Source: Vicugna vicugna (Eukaryota). From it: a DNA stretch of 64,000 nt. The stretch's first letter is position 1. The number at the start of each line of letters is the position of its first letter. Under the pieces are notes generated by a model. That model was given only the letters and a program-made list of their open reading frames with translations. It ran no database searches and was not told the origin of the DNA. The stretch lies in NCBI GenBank assembly GCA_013265495.1, contig MU057809.1, forward strand, positions 1,043,062 through 1,107,061, given 5' to 3'. The position numbers and the translations under genes are program-made. This document shows positions 13,225-27,290 of the stretch, in pieces.

Positions 13225-14721
13225 TGTGAATTTAACACAAAATGTATTCAAGCTTAGCCCTGGGAGATAATTAAATAAAATTAATTTGGCAAGGGTTGTC
13301 AGTAAATGGAGGCACTCCAAGCCGTGTTCATGCTCTTGATGGAAACAAAAGCAACTCCTCACGGTACAGACAGACGCGAGGCTCGCTGCCCACGGAGGGC
13401 CGGCGGCCGCTCACGTCATGGGAAGATAGGGACTGAAACGGAGTGTTTGTGCCAGTCCCAGGTAAACTGGGAGAGGAAGCAAGGGGATGGGCGGAGGTGC
13501 ACCCCGCTCCAGGACCGCCCGGGACACCGCGCCCTGCTGCCAGCAGCAGGGCGCAGGCCTCACCCCAGCTCACGCGCCTGTCCAGCCACCAGGGGCTGAG
13601 GCCAGCTGCCCTCAACCCAGCTATGGAAGCCCACGTCCCCAGCCCTGGGCGCGGTGGAGCCCGCCCCCTCAGCCCCTAAACACAGCAGCACTGAGCTCGG
13701 TGTCAACGCAAGGACCCCGCTTATCTTGTTCTCTGGGGCAGCGCCAACTCAGCATCGGCCACAAGGTAATCGCTCAACGAGTATCTGCTGAGCAGAACCG
13801 GTGAGCTCAGCTACCAGAAACGAGCCCCCCCCCAGCCCTGGGAGTGGACCTAAAGGGCTGTTCCCTCAGAGCCCGGTGAAGGGCGCTGTGTCCTCAGGGA
13901 CCCCCGCCCCCTGTGAGAGCTCACGGCACAGGGTCAAGGCGCCAGCAGGGCAGGTGCTGAACCCGTGCCTTGTGTGCTCAGTCCTGCGCTAGGTCACTTC
14001 CAGCAACTGTCCTCAAATGAGGTCACATCCCGGGACCAGATTCTCTCAAACCAGAGAAGAAGAACGTAACCACCATGAGTCCATGTGAGCAGAAAGCTGC
14101 ATGGAAAAGAGCACGTGGAGGGAAAGAGGAAAGCTGGGCCTTTAAACCAAGTGCCAGTCCCGCCCCTAAAGCAGGGCCACAGCCGAGGGCCCTGGGCTCA
14201 AACCTGCCTACCGCCTGTGGGGAACTAAGGTTTCCAGTAACGTGGTCACCCCTATTCACCTGCAGGCTGTCCGCGCAGCCTTCCCACCGGGCAGCCCCCG
14301 GCGCTGCCCTGTCCTGGCTCACCCCCGCTTCAGCACGGGAGCCTCACAATCCCACCGGACAGGGAGGCTGGTCCCCTGCTCTGTGCTAGAGCCCTGGGGC
14401 CACAAAGCCCTGAATGTTTACTCCCTGGCCTTTCAAGGGAAAAGCCTGCCAGCCTCCGCTGTAAGTCCACCCCATTGTGGACAGGAACTGCTAATTAACT
14501 GAATGAGACACGAGAAAGTCTATTTTCTATTATCAGAAGTCTCTGTGTCGGAAGGCTCGAGCTTCGGTAGCCTGGCAGTGGCCCCTACTGGCGCGCCTCG
14601 GGCACTGCAGCTAAGCTGTAGAAAACCACAAAAACGCCCCAACTAGCGCAAACGCCAGCGACAGCTCCCAGCAACTCTCTTCTCAACTAAGTCAAGCGAA
14701 AAAACGGCCCTAATTTCGCTA

Positions 14722-15021
14722 CAAGCGGACGCCGGGGGTACGATGCGTTCAGCTCCAGGCGGCTACAGCCAAGTGGACACTGCGGTAATGTGAGGCACAC
14801 AGGCTTGCCGGCTTGCCGCACACACAGGTGTTCTGTTCACACTGCACTACAGCCTACTCCATGTGCAACAGCATTATGTCTAAAATGTGCACCCACCCTA
14901 ATTTAAAAAATGATGCTGTTGGGTAAACGCCAACAGACTTGCTCGACAAACCTTCAAGATGTAAAAACGCAGTATCTGCCGAGCGGGACAAAGCGCAGCC
15001 CAGTGTAGTGAGGTGCACCTG
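14722..15021 (-). mobile_element. Internally deleted Tigger1-like element (about 300 bp) with both degenerate TIRs
   Basis: Reverse complement matches the recalled Tigger1 5' end (gcagatactgcgtttttaca..gaaggtttg..tcgagcaagtct) joined directly to its 3' end (ttttagacataatgctgttgcac); TA at 14720-14721. Confidence 0.7.
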
Positions 15022-18000
15022 CAGGAGCAGCGCAGGGCAGCGCGCCGCAGCTCAGCTCGTCTGCCTCTGCGACTGCAGTCCCGGCAGAAGGCAAATACGC
15101 CCAAGACCTAACGGCAGGAAAACCCCGCAGCACAGAAAAGGCAGAAGCTGGGGAGAGCGAGTGGGAAGACAGAATTGTGTCTAAATGCCCTCCACACAGG
15201 CTCATACACAACCCCCATCAGCGCTAAAGCAGACCGACAGCAGCGCCCTGAAGGCTGACACGAAGTAGCCAAGGTAGCCGCCTCCCCGCCCTGCTGCAGG
15301 AGGGCTGCTCGGCTCCACGAGCCTGAAGAGCAGTTTGCACGTAATAAAAAATTAATTGCTGATCTTCTAACTCAGCCGCCTCCGCGAACAAGACAGTATT
15401 GTGTTGCCGCCCCAGAAGGTAAGTCTTCCTCTCCCAGGTAATGACCATCTTACTGTGCCTCGCAGAGCCTCCCTCATGGAAGGGCTACCCCGAGGTGCCC
15501 AGCCCGAGCAAAGGCACAGCCGTCAGCCCCCAGCAGGCTGGCAGGCCCTCTGTGCCAAGGAGCTGGGAGCCGTCAGGTCTGAAAGAGCCGCTACCAGCTG
15601 GCGGGCTTCCTGCCCGCTCCTGCCGAGCGTTGCCCGGGCTAAACTGGCGGGCAGCTCCCCAACAGGAGCCTGTCCGTGCCAGCAGCAGGCGGATCAGCTC
15701 ACAAAGACGCAGGCTCCAGCTGCAGGCACCATGTGGCCGGCCAGATGGATGGAGGTGATGGAGGGCAGTGCCCACCCACCAGGCCAGTCCCAGCCAAGCA
15801 ATCCAACAAGGGCACCACTAACTCCCGGGATGACCTTGGCCACAAGCCCCTCTCAGAACCTGGTCCCTCCTCTGCCAAGTGGCCCCTCATCCATGGAGCT
15901 GGCAAGAAGACTGACCAGCCACAAGCACACATGGGCCCTGCGAGCCCTCCGGCAGCTCTCCTCGGACAGAGCCATCCTGTCAGCAGCCAAGACCCTCGTT
16001 AGAGGGGACTGTCCTTAAAGAGACACACTCTGGAGCCTCCTGTCTGCTTGCAACTTCCAGACCAGAGAAAACATCTGGCCTCTGCCCACCAACACCATTC
16101 AAGACCAGCAAAGATGCAAACACGGTCTGTCTGCAGCCAAGCCGGACACCCCCCAAAATGCTGCTGCAGCGTCTTTAAGTCACCAAGCCACAGCGGCTCC
16201 CCATGGTTCCACTGTTTAAAATCGGCTGTCTCTGAGGACAGGAGGGCAGAGCTGCGGCGCATAGCTCAGTGTCCACGATGTCTAGTGGACAGCAGGTCCT
16301 CGACTCAGTGTGCAAGGAATGAACGCGTCAGTGACTCTCCCCAAATCACAGCTCTCGCAACAGACAATGGGTCAGGAGGCAACAGGCACTTATCCAGAGA
16401 AGAAACAGGACAGATGGAAAGAACATGGCCTTGACCACCAGACACCTTTGTAAGTCCCAAGGGCCCCGGGCAGGAGAGCCACCCCCTCAACTGTCACCAC
16501 GACTCAATAAACACAACCTTCTGATTGTGGGCAGACTGTCCACCGAAGAGGACGGGGCGCCCTCACCTGGCAGGGAACACCACCGCCCCCACCCCGGGAC
16601 AGGCCTTGGGAGCCAGGAGCCTGCAGGGCATCAGACGCAGCCTGGACCTCCACCGGACAGGGGCCAGCCAGGAACCAAGACCCTTCCCGGTGAATGCAGA
16701 GGAGGAAAGAGGCCCTTCCGCCTCAAATAGTGGGTACTCCCCACCTGTCACCTGTAGGATTAAGTCCCAAAGCCACAGGGAGACCCAGACACCTTCGGGA
16801 TCCGATCCCTGCCACCTCGTGCTCCTGCCACCGCCAGGCACTCTGGTGAGAACCATATGGAACCAGGTGACTTCTCCTAAGCACCCGGGCTCTGAATGGT
16901 GTGCGTGCACACAGGCCACTTCCCTGGCTGGAACCTCCTGGCTTCGGGTCAAGCACTGCGTCTTCCATGAGCCACACCGGCCACACCTGCGCACGGGCTC
17001 CAGCAAAGCTGACAGCACTCCCGACCCTGCACCGCAGCCCAGCATCCGGCCCCCAGCACCCGGCCGGCGCACACGGACAGGAGGAAGAAGGGGCAGCACC
17101 GGGCAACGGAGGAAGGCGGGCCTGCCATCAGGGGTGAGTCCGCCCCACTGGCCCTCTGCGGAGACCCCACTCGCCCCCCCAGCAGGAAGGCTCAGGTCTG
17201 CAGTTACATCAGGCACCAGTCTGCCAGCTGCCACTTAAGGCAGAAAAGGCCACTGGCTCCCGACCCCTTCAGAGACTGACAGCAAACAGCCATCTCTCCT
17301 CCCCTCGGATCAAACCAGACGGGCACCCAAGCCATGCAGACCCCTCCACTCAGCACCATCCCCAGGGCACCGAGGACAAGGCCTGAGGAGCAGTGCTTCC
17401 TGCTATCCGAGGTTGCTTCCCCGGAGCCCTGCAGAAAAGAGTTCTCAATCCTTCTCGCTCAGGGCCCCGAGGCAGACCCCCGGCTTCCACTCCCCACAGC
17501 CCCCTCAGCCCAGCCTGCATTCCAGACACTCCGGCAAGACCCTCAGGGGCTCAGAGGCTCTCAGGCACGTGGAGGGGCCCCGATTATTCACAGGAAAGGG
17601 GACTGAGACAAAGGGGACCCGTGCCACACTATTCTGCTCGTCCCTGGGGGATACCATGTGTCCTCGGAAGCCCGCCTCCCCTCAGGTGGCCGTACCGCCC
17701 AGGCTCTCCCAAGCCCACGGACACCCACGCCAGCTCCTCAGACACCCTCCTATTTTAAAAAGAGCCGTGTGCTAAGAGCTGAGGTCGGCGATTTCAAAAT
17801 CACCACAGGAAACTAATTCCAGGTGGCTGGGAGAAGCACAGAAATCCATTAGGGCCTCATCACGTTCCCTCCCTAGTTTCAAGGCCAAAGTCTTCATAAA
17901 TGTCACTGCCGCAGTCCTCACACCCGCTCAGGGCAGGGCTCACTCAGGCTGCGTGGCCCACCCTGGCTGCGTGGCCCACCCTGAGCTCTGGTAACTCTGA

Positions 18001-18487
18001 CCTTCAACGATCTGCCAGGTAAGTGGCAGAACAGGCTAGAAGGTTTCCACCCAGACTGAACGCAGACAGACCCAAGGGAGCCGACATCCCGTCTCCCGGG
18101 GAACAGGGCCCGGTGTGCGTCCTAAGGTCTCCTTGCTCCAAGCACAGCGTCCTGGCCACGGGGGGGCAGGGACTGACACGATGTGGGGCGCCAGCCCCTC
18201 CTGCAGACACACAGACAAGCCCTGCAGAGCTGCCTGGGCAGGACAGGCCGAGCCCGTCTCATCTGTCCGCCCTTCCTGCTCCACTTCTGCCCCCAGGCCA
18301 GCTCATGGGAACGACTCAGATGGAACCTCATCTCCAGCCCTGCAGACATCCAACGTTTCCTTCTGGCTTTTTCAACGATGCTTCAGATGCCTGTCCCCCA
18401 ACAGTCCACAAGCTCTCCCGCCCTAGGAGCCAAATCCCGTCCTAGCTCTGGCCCTGCCCCCTGCACCCTCATGGAGCCCCCACCCCA

Positions 18488-18506
18488 NNNNNNNNNNNNN
18501 NNNNNN
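18488..18506. other. Assembly gap (19 N) flanked by near-identical 30-31 nt sequences
   Basis: N run. Confidence 0.99.
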
Positions 18507-21500
18507 CCCCCCTGCACCCTCATGGAGCCCCACCCCACCCCCACCTAGCCAAGGTCATGTCCTCTCTCGTCTGTTTGAGGATGGCTCCCAGCTACCTCTC
18601 CGAACAGGAGCCAAGTGGTCATGTCAGCTTGCGCAGCTGAACGTGTCACAGCCAGTGAAGCCTGACAACGGCTGTCAGCAAAGACAAACCTCTCGGCATG
18701 GCCCCTCGGGGACCAGGCTGGCCTGACCTCTGTCTCTCAGGCCGCCCAGGCGCCCATCCTGTCCTGTGAACTCGCTCTTTTCCCACCCCCATGTCCCAGA
18801 GGCCTTGGGAGAAGCCCTCCGCTCCTCACCACTTAACACCACCCTTCAGATTTCAGCCCAGAAAGTGCCCTAGGGGAAGCCTGCCACACCCCTCCCCCAG
18901 GTCAGGCCCCCTGGAAAGCTCCCAAAGCATCAGGCGCCTCTCTCCTGGCCCTGGAGGCCCCTTGCTACTGTCTGTGCCATGCTCTCAAGAGTGGGCACGT
19001 CCCACGAGGGAGGGCAACGGCACGGGCCGGGCTGGCTGTGCCCAGCACACACCCACGGCCCTGTAGGGCGCAGGCTCAGCCAGGCCTCCCAAGACCCAGT
19101 GGGCACTCTGCCCACAGGTGCCGCCAGGCGAGAGACAGGACAGGCACCAGCGACTCCCAGCAACAGCAGGACAACCTATGGGCCAGGAGACCCAGCACAA
19201 TTACCACAGACGGACAACTTCCAGCAAAGGCTTCCAGGGTCCTTCCTCAGACAAGAGATCAAGAAAACATGGTGCCAATAAACCAGGTGGAATTCTGATC
19301 ATTGAGCAACAGGCTTCCTGAGAAAAGGCCTTGTTCCATCGGCGTCGACGAGCCAGTGGTCAGAGCAAGCCGGCCGGAACTGTTTCTCTGCTCCGAGGTG
19401 GAGCTGGCTGCACTAAACTAAGGATGGGGGATAAGCCGACTCGCCCGATCACCCCGGAGGTCGCGCTGTGTGTGCAAGTGCAGCCCAGCTCCCTCCTCCC
19501 CTGTAATAAACCATGAGTGTGAGCACAGAGCTTCCTAGGCTCTGTGAGCCTGACGTTGGTGCCGGGGCCCCCAGACCTCCTGCCCTGGCCCCCAACTAAG
19601 CGGACTCCATGTGTGCACGTGGGGAGCAGGGGGAGCGGGCTGAGAAGAGCACGTCCGGTGCCTGGCGTGTGAGTCAGCAGGCGCACACGCGAGGTGCACC
19701 TGGGAAAATGCTCCCCAAACCGGGAGATGCGTTTTGGAGGGCAAAAGAAGACACGCCCATCAACCTGTCTTAAATGTCTCGAGTGCTAAGCATGTGAATG
19801 GACGGCCTATTCAGACCAGCGTCTCCAGAGCCTCGCAGGTGGAAAATGACAAGAGACCCCGGGCTGCTGCCCCCGGTGCAGAGGAAATGCCTGCTCAGCC
19901 TCCCGCCCCAGGGCAGAAGCAGTGGAGACCGAAGACGCCTGGCATCCCCACGGGGTGGCGCCCGTCTCCATGAAGACTCAAGGCGACGGGGCACGCTCAA
20001 GACATAAAACCTAGAAGGAAATAAAAGGCACGCAAACACACGTGAAAGGAAAGCAGCCCGTCTCAGGTGGGACTGACCCGGAACCACCTCCCCGCCAAGC
20101 AGGACTCCATTACTCACAACCAGACTGTGGGCTGGGAGCAAAGGGCCAGCTCTGCTCCAGGGGTGTCTGGGTTTCCACCACCTGCTCCACCAAATCCACG
20201 CAAGGCCCCGGCCTCCCCAGCCACCCCCACACAGGGTCCAGCCGCACTAGCCGCCCGGCCCACCCAGAGGTGAGCCCCGCTCCGGGGGCCACGGCCGCAT
20301 GTCCGTCCCTGCCTCCTGGCACTTGACTTACAAGACCCATGGTCCCAGGTGCAGGGTGACTGGCTCAGATCTGTCATCCACCAGCACCGCTCAGCCTCAC
20401 ACAGAACCTCATCTAGAGAAGGGACTCAGTCCAAGTCCACTGTGGAACCATCAGGGAACTCCCTTTCATCCAAACTGTCAGGAACTTGCACACAGAGACA
20501 AGCGGAGGCAGAGCAATGGGTAAATCAGGAAGTAAGATCCTCCCCCACCATTTCTGGTCCAGCGACTTCAGTGCTAAGAGCATTTAAGACTCTTTGTTTA
20601 AAAAAAGAAAGTACTCAGCTATTTCCAAAAGCTACTTTGTAACACACTGCTATAAAAACCCTTCAGTTAATTTTAAAAAAAGGTATTTTAATAACCCCAA
20701 TCTACAAGTCCATCAATCATCTTTTTAAAATATCCTTTCAACTGAAAAAGCCTTTCCAACCCTCCCACGTGAGTTTAAGATTAAAACTCCAATGCCAAGA
20801 GGTTGGGGACATTAAAAAAACATGCCAAGTTCTCTCGAGCCAATTAAAACGAAGACCATACCACGCACACCTCTCCCTGGACAGCTGCATCTCCCCTCTG
20901 TGAGGGCAGGGAAGGACCTGCGCCTCTGGCCGCCGGCTCCAAGCCTGGAGCAAAGGTGCCACGCGTCCAGTCAGCCGCGCAGGGAAAGGCAGGAGCCGGA
21001 CCCGACACCCCCTGCCCAGCTGGTTCTGAAAACTGTCACAAACGTCTGACACGCCAACACTGTATAAAACCCTTTCCCTGCCACTCCACCTGAAGCTGGG
21101 GAACCCAGGGAGGGAGCCCAAGGTGGTCCTCAGACATCATCTTGCTCAAACACTAGGCTCCTGAGACAGAGGCCAGAAAGAGCAGGGGCTCACCCAGGGC
21201 CAAGGCTTGGTCCCCCACCATCCTCCCGTGGGATCTGGGGGTCTGAGAAGCGGCAGCCAGCTCTAAGCAAGCTAAAGACAGAGAGGCCCTCTCGGGCTGC
21301 AGCCACCGGCAGGTCCCAGAGCTGGGTTCCCTGAACTTGTCCACGGAAAACCCAAGCAGCTGATTTTCCACCCACAGGAACACACGAAAAGCCTGAGGGA
21401 GCCTCTGCCGGTGAGGAGCCTGCAGCTCCCTGCAACTCACTGCTGGCGCCGGCACCAGCCTTGTGGTGGCGGCCAAGTCCAGCTGCGGCTGGCAGAGCAT

Positions 21501-24500
21501 CCGCTCCTGAGGGGGCAGTTGGCTGCCCGCAAGACTGGCTGCGCGGGGCGCTCTGCGGGGCCAGGGAGCAGGTCCAGCACCTTTAGGAGGCTGGGAAGTC
21601 ACCGGAGGGTGACAGGAAGAAGCTGGTGGCAACTTTTAACAACTTTCTTTGGCGCGAATTCCAAACCACACAGCAGCACTGTGATCTTCCTGCGCCGCCC
21701 AGGGGCCCAGTCTCCAAGGCTCAGACATCTGGTTTCATCTGAACCCCTCCCTCCACCCCAACTTCAGTTTTTTAATCTATTTTGTGATGTAAATTTCACC
21801 TAAAAGAACTTGACCTGAACTCCTCCTCCCAGGACACTGACCAGTGGACACACGCGTGACTCAGGTCCCCATCTGGACACAGAACGCCTCAGCCCTGAGG
21901 AGGTTCCTCCAGTCCCTTCCCAACCAACACTCAACGCTAACTTTGGGAAGCGGCTAGGCCGGCCTGTCTTGGGGTATTTTGTCGGGGTTTTTTGGCCTTA
22001 AGGTCTTGCCTGTTAGAAAGCAACTTTTAAAATTCCAACAGCTTTCCTCCTGTCGCTCCTCCTTGACTTGCACACAGCTGCAGTGCAACACCGGCGACAC
22101 GGGCTTCTCCAGAAGCCCCTAGCCGCTCACCGCAGTCTGGCCGTGTCACCCTGGCGGGAAGCGCGCTCCCACCGCGCTGCACGCAGAACAAGCGGGGGCC
22201 CGGGAAACAGCCCGAGCTGTCACCGCGGACACCCAGGCGGGGGCACTCCGTGAGGGCAGGGAGGACAAATGAGCACATTTTCTCAAGTCTCTCAGAGACG
22301 GCGTCCCTGGGAGGCTTTGGCCCCCCAGACTCTGGGCTGTGTGAGGAACTGCCCAGGGCTGCCAGGAGGCCCTGGGCCGTGAAGCAGCCCCCGGAGCAGG
22401 GCACCTGGCGCCGGCAGGAACCCCGGGCTCCATCCCAGACGCTGCCCGCCCTCACTGCCCGAGTTCCTCTGTGAGTTGGAAAAACAACACCAGGGACCGC
22501 AACGCACCCCACACACAGCGAGGAGGGGACTGACACCTACCCGGTGTCTCTCCAGCATCTTCTGCTGCGTGAGTCAGGGAAGGCCGGGAAGGAGGCCTGC
22601 CAGGAGCACCGCGCCCCTTTCTCCCCACAGGCTCCCCTTCCCCAGCCCCCCGCGCTGTGCTTCTGTGGTTCGCGCCAGAGCAGCAGCAGAGGGCGGCCCC
22701 CAGCAGGTCACCTGAGCTTCTCCCGGTCTTCAGACCATGACGACCCCCTACATGAGCCAAATCGCTGCTTGTGCCCTGAGGCCGAGACTAACGAGAGTAG
22801 CCACCCAGCACCCAAGGCGCCCCAGCCCCCCCGAGGCACGTAAACGCAGCCGAAGCCTGGAGCGCGCGGTCTTCCACAGAGCAGATGCTTGCTGAGGGTC
22901 TGGGGTGAGGGACCCTGGGCCACACCTCCCGGCTGCGTGTCAGCGACGGTCCCCAAGATGGACGTGCTCTGCCCCGGGCGCCCCGTCTGGCCTCGCGCTC
23001 TCGGACCCCACCCGCCCACCTGCAGGCCCTGAGGCCCCCTCCCGGAGGACGCCGTGCCCACGGTCCGCACACAGACAGGCCACGGGGTCCCCACAAGCAG
23101 AGGGGCTGCCCACCCTTCCCACCCAGTACCAGCTCAGCCTCCCTTGGCAGGCGCCTCTGTCACGGTGCCTCGAAGAGCAAGCCTTTGTCTCCCTCTACGG
23201 ACACAGGCCCAAGGCATCAGAACCAGGGGCCATCCAGGAGGGCAGCTGCTCTCCCGTCCCTGCCCGGCTCCCCCCGTTCCCTGTGACAGAGATGAGGCTG
23301 GACGGTTGGCACGAGGACACGTCCAGGCCAGGGAGGGAACACAAAGTACATTAAAACCGACTCCCAAGTCCCCCAGCCTGAGGGCACACAATGACACAAT
23401 GACCTGGCGGAGAGCTCTCCCAGGCCACCGGTGACAAACCCTCATGAAAACACAAGGGCAGGAGGGACCAGCGACCAGAGCTCTGCCTGGGGCTGAGGGT
23501 CTCACGCCTACCACCTGCCATCCAGCGCACCCAAGACAGGCAGAGGGAAGGGAGAACCAGACATCCAGAGCAAAGGCTCGTGGTCCAGCCTCTGCCACAT
23601 GCAGACTCTGAACAGCAACACCAACCCAGCGGGCGGCCACCACCCTCGACCCCAGAGCACCCACCCACGCCGGCTCCCCACTCCCTGCACCTGGGACACT
23701 TGCTTCCCACCTCACCTATCTCCTTCTCATTCTCAGGAACCGCCCTCCACACACTTCCCATGCGACAGAGCCCATCCTCATCAAGGGCGACACATAGCAG
23801 GTCTGGCAGTGTTTGCTGAACTGGCCCAGACACCTTCCCACAACCAGCCTGGGCAGCGCATCAGGGCTGCAATGCGTGGCTCCCACGACGCCAGGATGGA
23901 AGCAGCACTTCTGAGGACACGGAGGTCAGCACCCTGCTCCAGGACAACAGCAGGATGCACAGCAAGGCACAGCAGGACCCCTGGGGCCGTCCTGTGCTGC
24001 CCGGCCTGTTGCTTAACTGATAACTCCGCTTCCTTTTCATCATCAGGAACCTGTCCCCCTGCAGCTCAGCAACAAGGGCCCTGCCTCAGAGCTGCCTGCT
24101 CATGGGCACACAAGCCCCCCGTCCCGGACCCCTCACCACTAACAAAGGCCAGTCCACCCCTCGGCCCATCCCTGGCCTCCAGCCTGTCTCGGCAGAATCT
24201 GAGCCCTGTCCTCAGGTGGCCAGCCACCCAGGAGGAATGGGCGCGGGGCCTGGGGAGGGGTGGGATATGGCCACTGACTGCCCTGCCCCGGGGAAATTCA
24301 AGAATGAGGGCACCTGCTCTGCCCCCGAGAGAACTGAGGCAAAGCTGGACGGACGGAGGAGCACCTCTGCTCCTGACACAGAAGACACGGGCCGCAGGCA
24401 CGGGCGACAGAGCTCACAGCCACACGCTGTGACCCCGGGTAACACTGGACAGGCCTCTTCCCACGGCCTCAGGGCTGTCAGGTGGGGAAGTCCAGGCCCA

Positions 24501-27164
24501 GATGCCGACTGAAATACACCCCCAATCGTTCCCTGCGGCCCACCGCAGATACTGGCCCTCGAAGGCAATAGTGGCTGCTGAAAAAATCTCCAAGCCAGGA
24601 CAGGCCCTCGGGGGGCTGCTTCAGAGGACGCTGTGCAGCCAGCCCAGCCCCTTGCCTGCTCTGGTCCTCTCAGGATGCTCCCCACTCTGCCTGGGGGCTG
24701 GGGGCCTGGCATCGACGAGGGGGACCTGGACCCACGCACGTCCCCAGGAGGTCTGGTGCGTAACGGGATGTCAGGAAGCCTCTGCTAAGTCTGAATCAGT
24801 CGGGACACCAGAGATGCCTCCTCATGCTCTAAATAATCCCCTGGGAATCAGGCACAGCCTAATTTGTCTAAATCCTTTCACTCTCTGGCTTAAGATTTTT
24901 TTTTAATGTGAATTTGAAAGGAGGTACAGAGGTAGAACAGCCCTGTCTACCAAGCTGGGAAAAAGGCCCCCAGGAGGGTCTCCGGAGACCGGTGAGCAGC
25001 ACAGACATGCAGGTGCACCCGCGCCCGGGGTCTGCTATGCTGGGGCCCTGGGGCTTGCGGCCCAGGACGGCACACGCGGGTTCCGCCCTGCAGAGTCGGG
25101 CTGCACGTCCTCTGAAACGCACTTGTCTCCTACGCCCCCTGCAACGCCGCAAAGCCCCCCACCCCATGGCCTGCCCCGAGCGCTCAGGGCCAGAGCGGAC
25201 AGCGGGGGTCTCCGTCAGGGCCTACCGACCTGCCAAGCCCGCGTCGAGCAGAGCGCTCCCCCTCCCGCTGGGGCAGAGCTGGCCTGTCAGGGCCGCTGCT
25301 CTGTCCACAGCTCGCCGCACAGATCCAGCAGGCAGTGCTGGCCAACATCGCTGCCAGCCCACACTGAAACCCCACCAGGGAGCAGGAGACAGGCAGGGGC
25401 TGCTCCCCTGAGCCCCGGCAGAACTGCAGCTGACAGCACGACCGCTGTCAGGAAGCTCTCGGCTACGCCTGTTTTCTGGTTCCCACCGGACACGGTGCAA
25501 ACAGCGCCAGGGCTGGCGGAGCAGTCAAGCAGGCCCAAGGAGGCCCCACCCCAGTCACAGCGAACCAGAAATGCACCATGCATCACCCAGCACCAAATGT
25601 CTATGAAAAGCCCACTGGCTCTGGAGACAAGCCCCTGCTCTGAATTCCCACGTCTTGAGACTGAAGGTGACCAGGAGAGGACACACAACTCCCCTGGCAG
25701 AAACAAGCTGGGGCTCAACCACCCAGAGGAGTCAGCGCAGGGGAGCGTCTGCTGGTCTCCGTGGGGTGTCAGAAGCCCCCATCTCCGCCCGTACCTCTTG
25801 GGAGGAAAATCGCAGCTCCAGGGCGCCCGGGAGCCGACACATTACAGGTGCAAGGCCCCCGGCGGACCCCAGGCTGCCTGAGAGCAGCTCATGGGGAACG
25901 CACACCGGAAGGAACAAACGGATCACGGCCTAGACCACCGAGGCATGAGCAGGCAAGAACTGAAGCAGGGGCCCACTCACAAGGACACAGACGGCCAAAC
26001 ACTCCTCCTTCCCCTCCTCCTCTCATGCCACTAAGGAAAACCAAACCAAGACCCATTAAGACAACCAAGACGCACGACGGTGCACCCACCTTCCCCGGCA
26101 CCCACAGTGCTTCCTGTACTGATCCCCCAATACCTAGGTAATCAGAAATCTCAGACACAGCACCTCGGGCAATAAAGGTTTCCAGGCTGGTCATAAGCTC
26201 TCTCGTAGAGGGAAACATGCTCCCCGGACTGTCTTCCTAACTGGCCTCACCCACCAGGGGAAACTGGTCCCCAGGACTTGTCATCTGGCCAGCCAACAAA
26301 TGTTTCTGGGAAGCATCCAGATCAGCACTTGTCGGCTCCCAACTTTCCCTCCAGATGATGGGTCAGCAGTTTCGGGGGTGCAGCTGCCAAGCTCCATAGC
26401 CAGAAAACCCGCCTGCCTGTCAGTCTCCCGGCGCACCTGCACTCCCACTGACAGGTATCGTGCCCTCCCAGCCCAACTGAAAGCAGGCCAGACGCAGGCA
26501 CAAAGGGACAGGGAAGGCGCCAAGTCGCAGCAGCACCCTTGCCAGGAGCACACTCTTCCTCCGTGAAATTAGAGGCTTGGCGACAGAAGGACTCAACAGG
26601 CGTTCGTTCCATGCCTATTTAATAAGCTCCCCCCGCAACAGGAACTGCCAGAAAAGCTTTCCAAAAGCCAAACCACTGCCGACTCCTGCCCTCCTCACTT
26701 CACGGGGACTTCACTTTGAATCTCTGCTAAAACCTTTGAAAGCACACTGCCCAAAGCAGTGACAGAAATGTCAAGTACATGTGTTGGAGGACAGTTTGGT
26801 CAAACATACACAGCTTCCAAGGTAAAAATCCTACTTCTAAGGAATTTATCCAACCCAAACCATTGGCTGGAAACTATTGGTAAGGGAAAAACCCGGCGGG
26901 AAACAACCTCTGTGTCCATCAAGGGGGGAATGAAGCAAATCAGAATTCATCCGCCCTGTGGAACACGTGCAGGTCTCGAAGACAACTCAGCAGGCCTCCC
27001 TGTGCTGGTGCAGAAGTGCTGTCAGAAAGTCAGAGAAGAAAGCAAGGCTGCAGGCACGGCGTGAGCGCGCGGGCGGGCTGGCGAGGGGAGGGGAGACACG
27101 TGAAGAGCCTGTACAACAAGGAGAAACAGGCTTTCTCATATTTCGTTAGCTTTGTACCTGTGTG

Positions 27165-27290
27165 ACACGACAGATGTCACTAACACCGCTTCATGATGTA
27201 TGTGGGGCAAATCGTTCTGCTGCACACCTTCAGCTTACACAGTGCTACCTGGTGACTATAGCTCAATAAACTGGAAAAAACAAAGAGCTT
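27165..27290 (+). mobile_element. L1M 3' terminus fragment
   Basis: ctgctgcacaccttcagcttacacagtgctacc..tatagctcaataaactggaaaaaa. Confidence 0.55.

Noticed and set aside
15376-15443. Perfect plus-strand donor AAG|GTAAGT and a second CAG|GTAATG suggesting an antisense micro-exon
   Set aside because: About one such 9-mer is expected by chance in a window this size, and the upstream acceptor has poor branch-point spacing.
15401-25900. Many 150-280 aa ORFs on both strands in the long MAD1L1 intron
   Set aside because: They overlap in several frames, have low-complexity A/P/G/R/S composition, and show no family resemblance or coherent splice structure.
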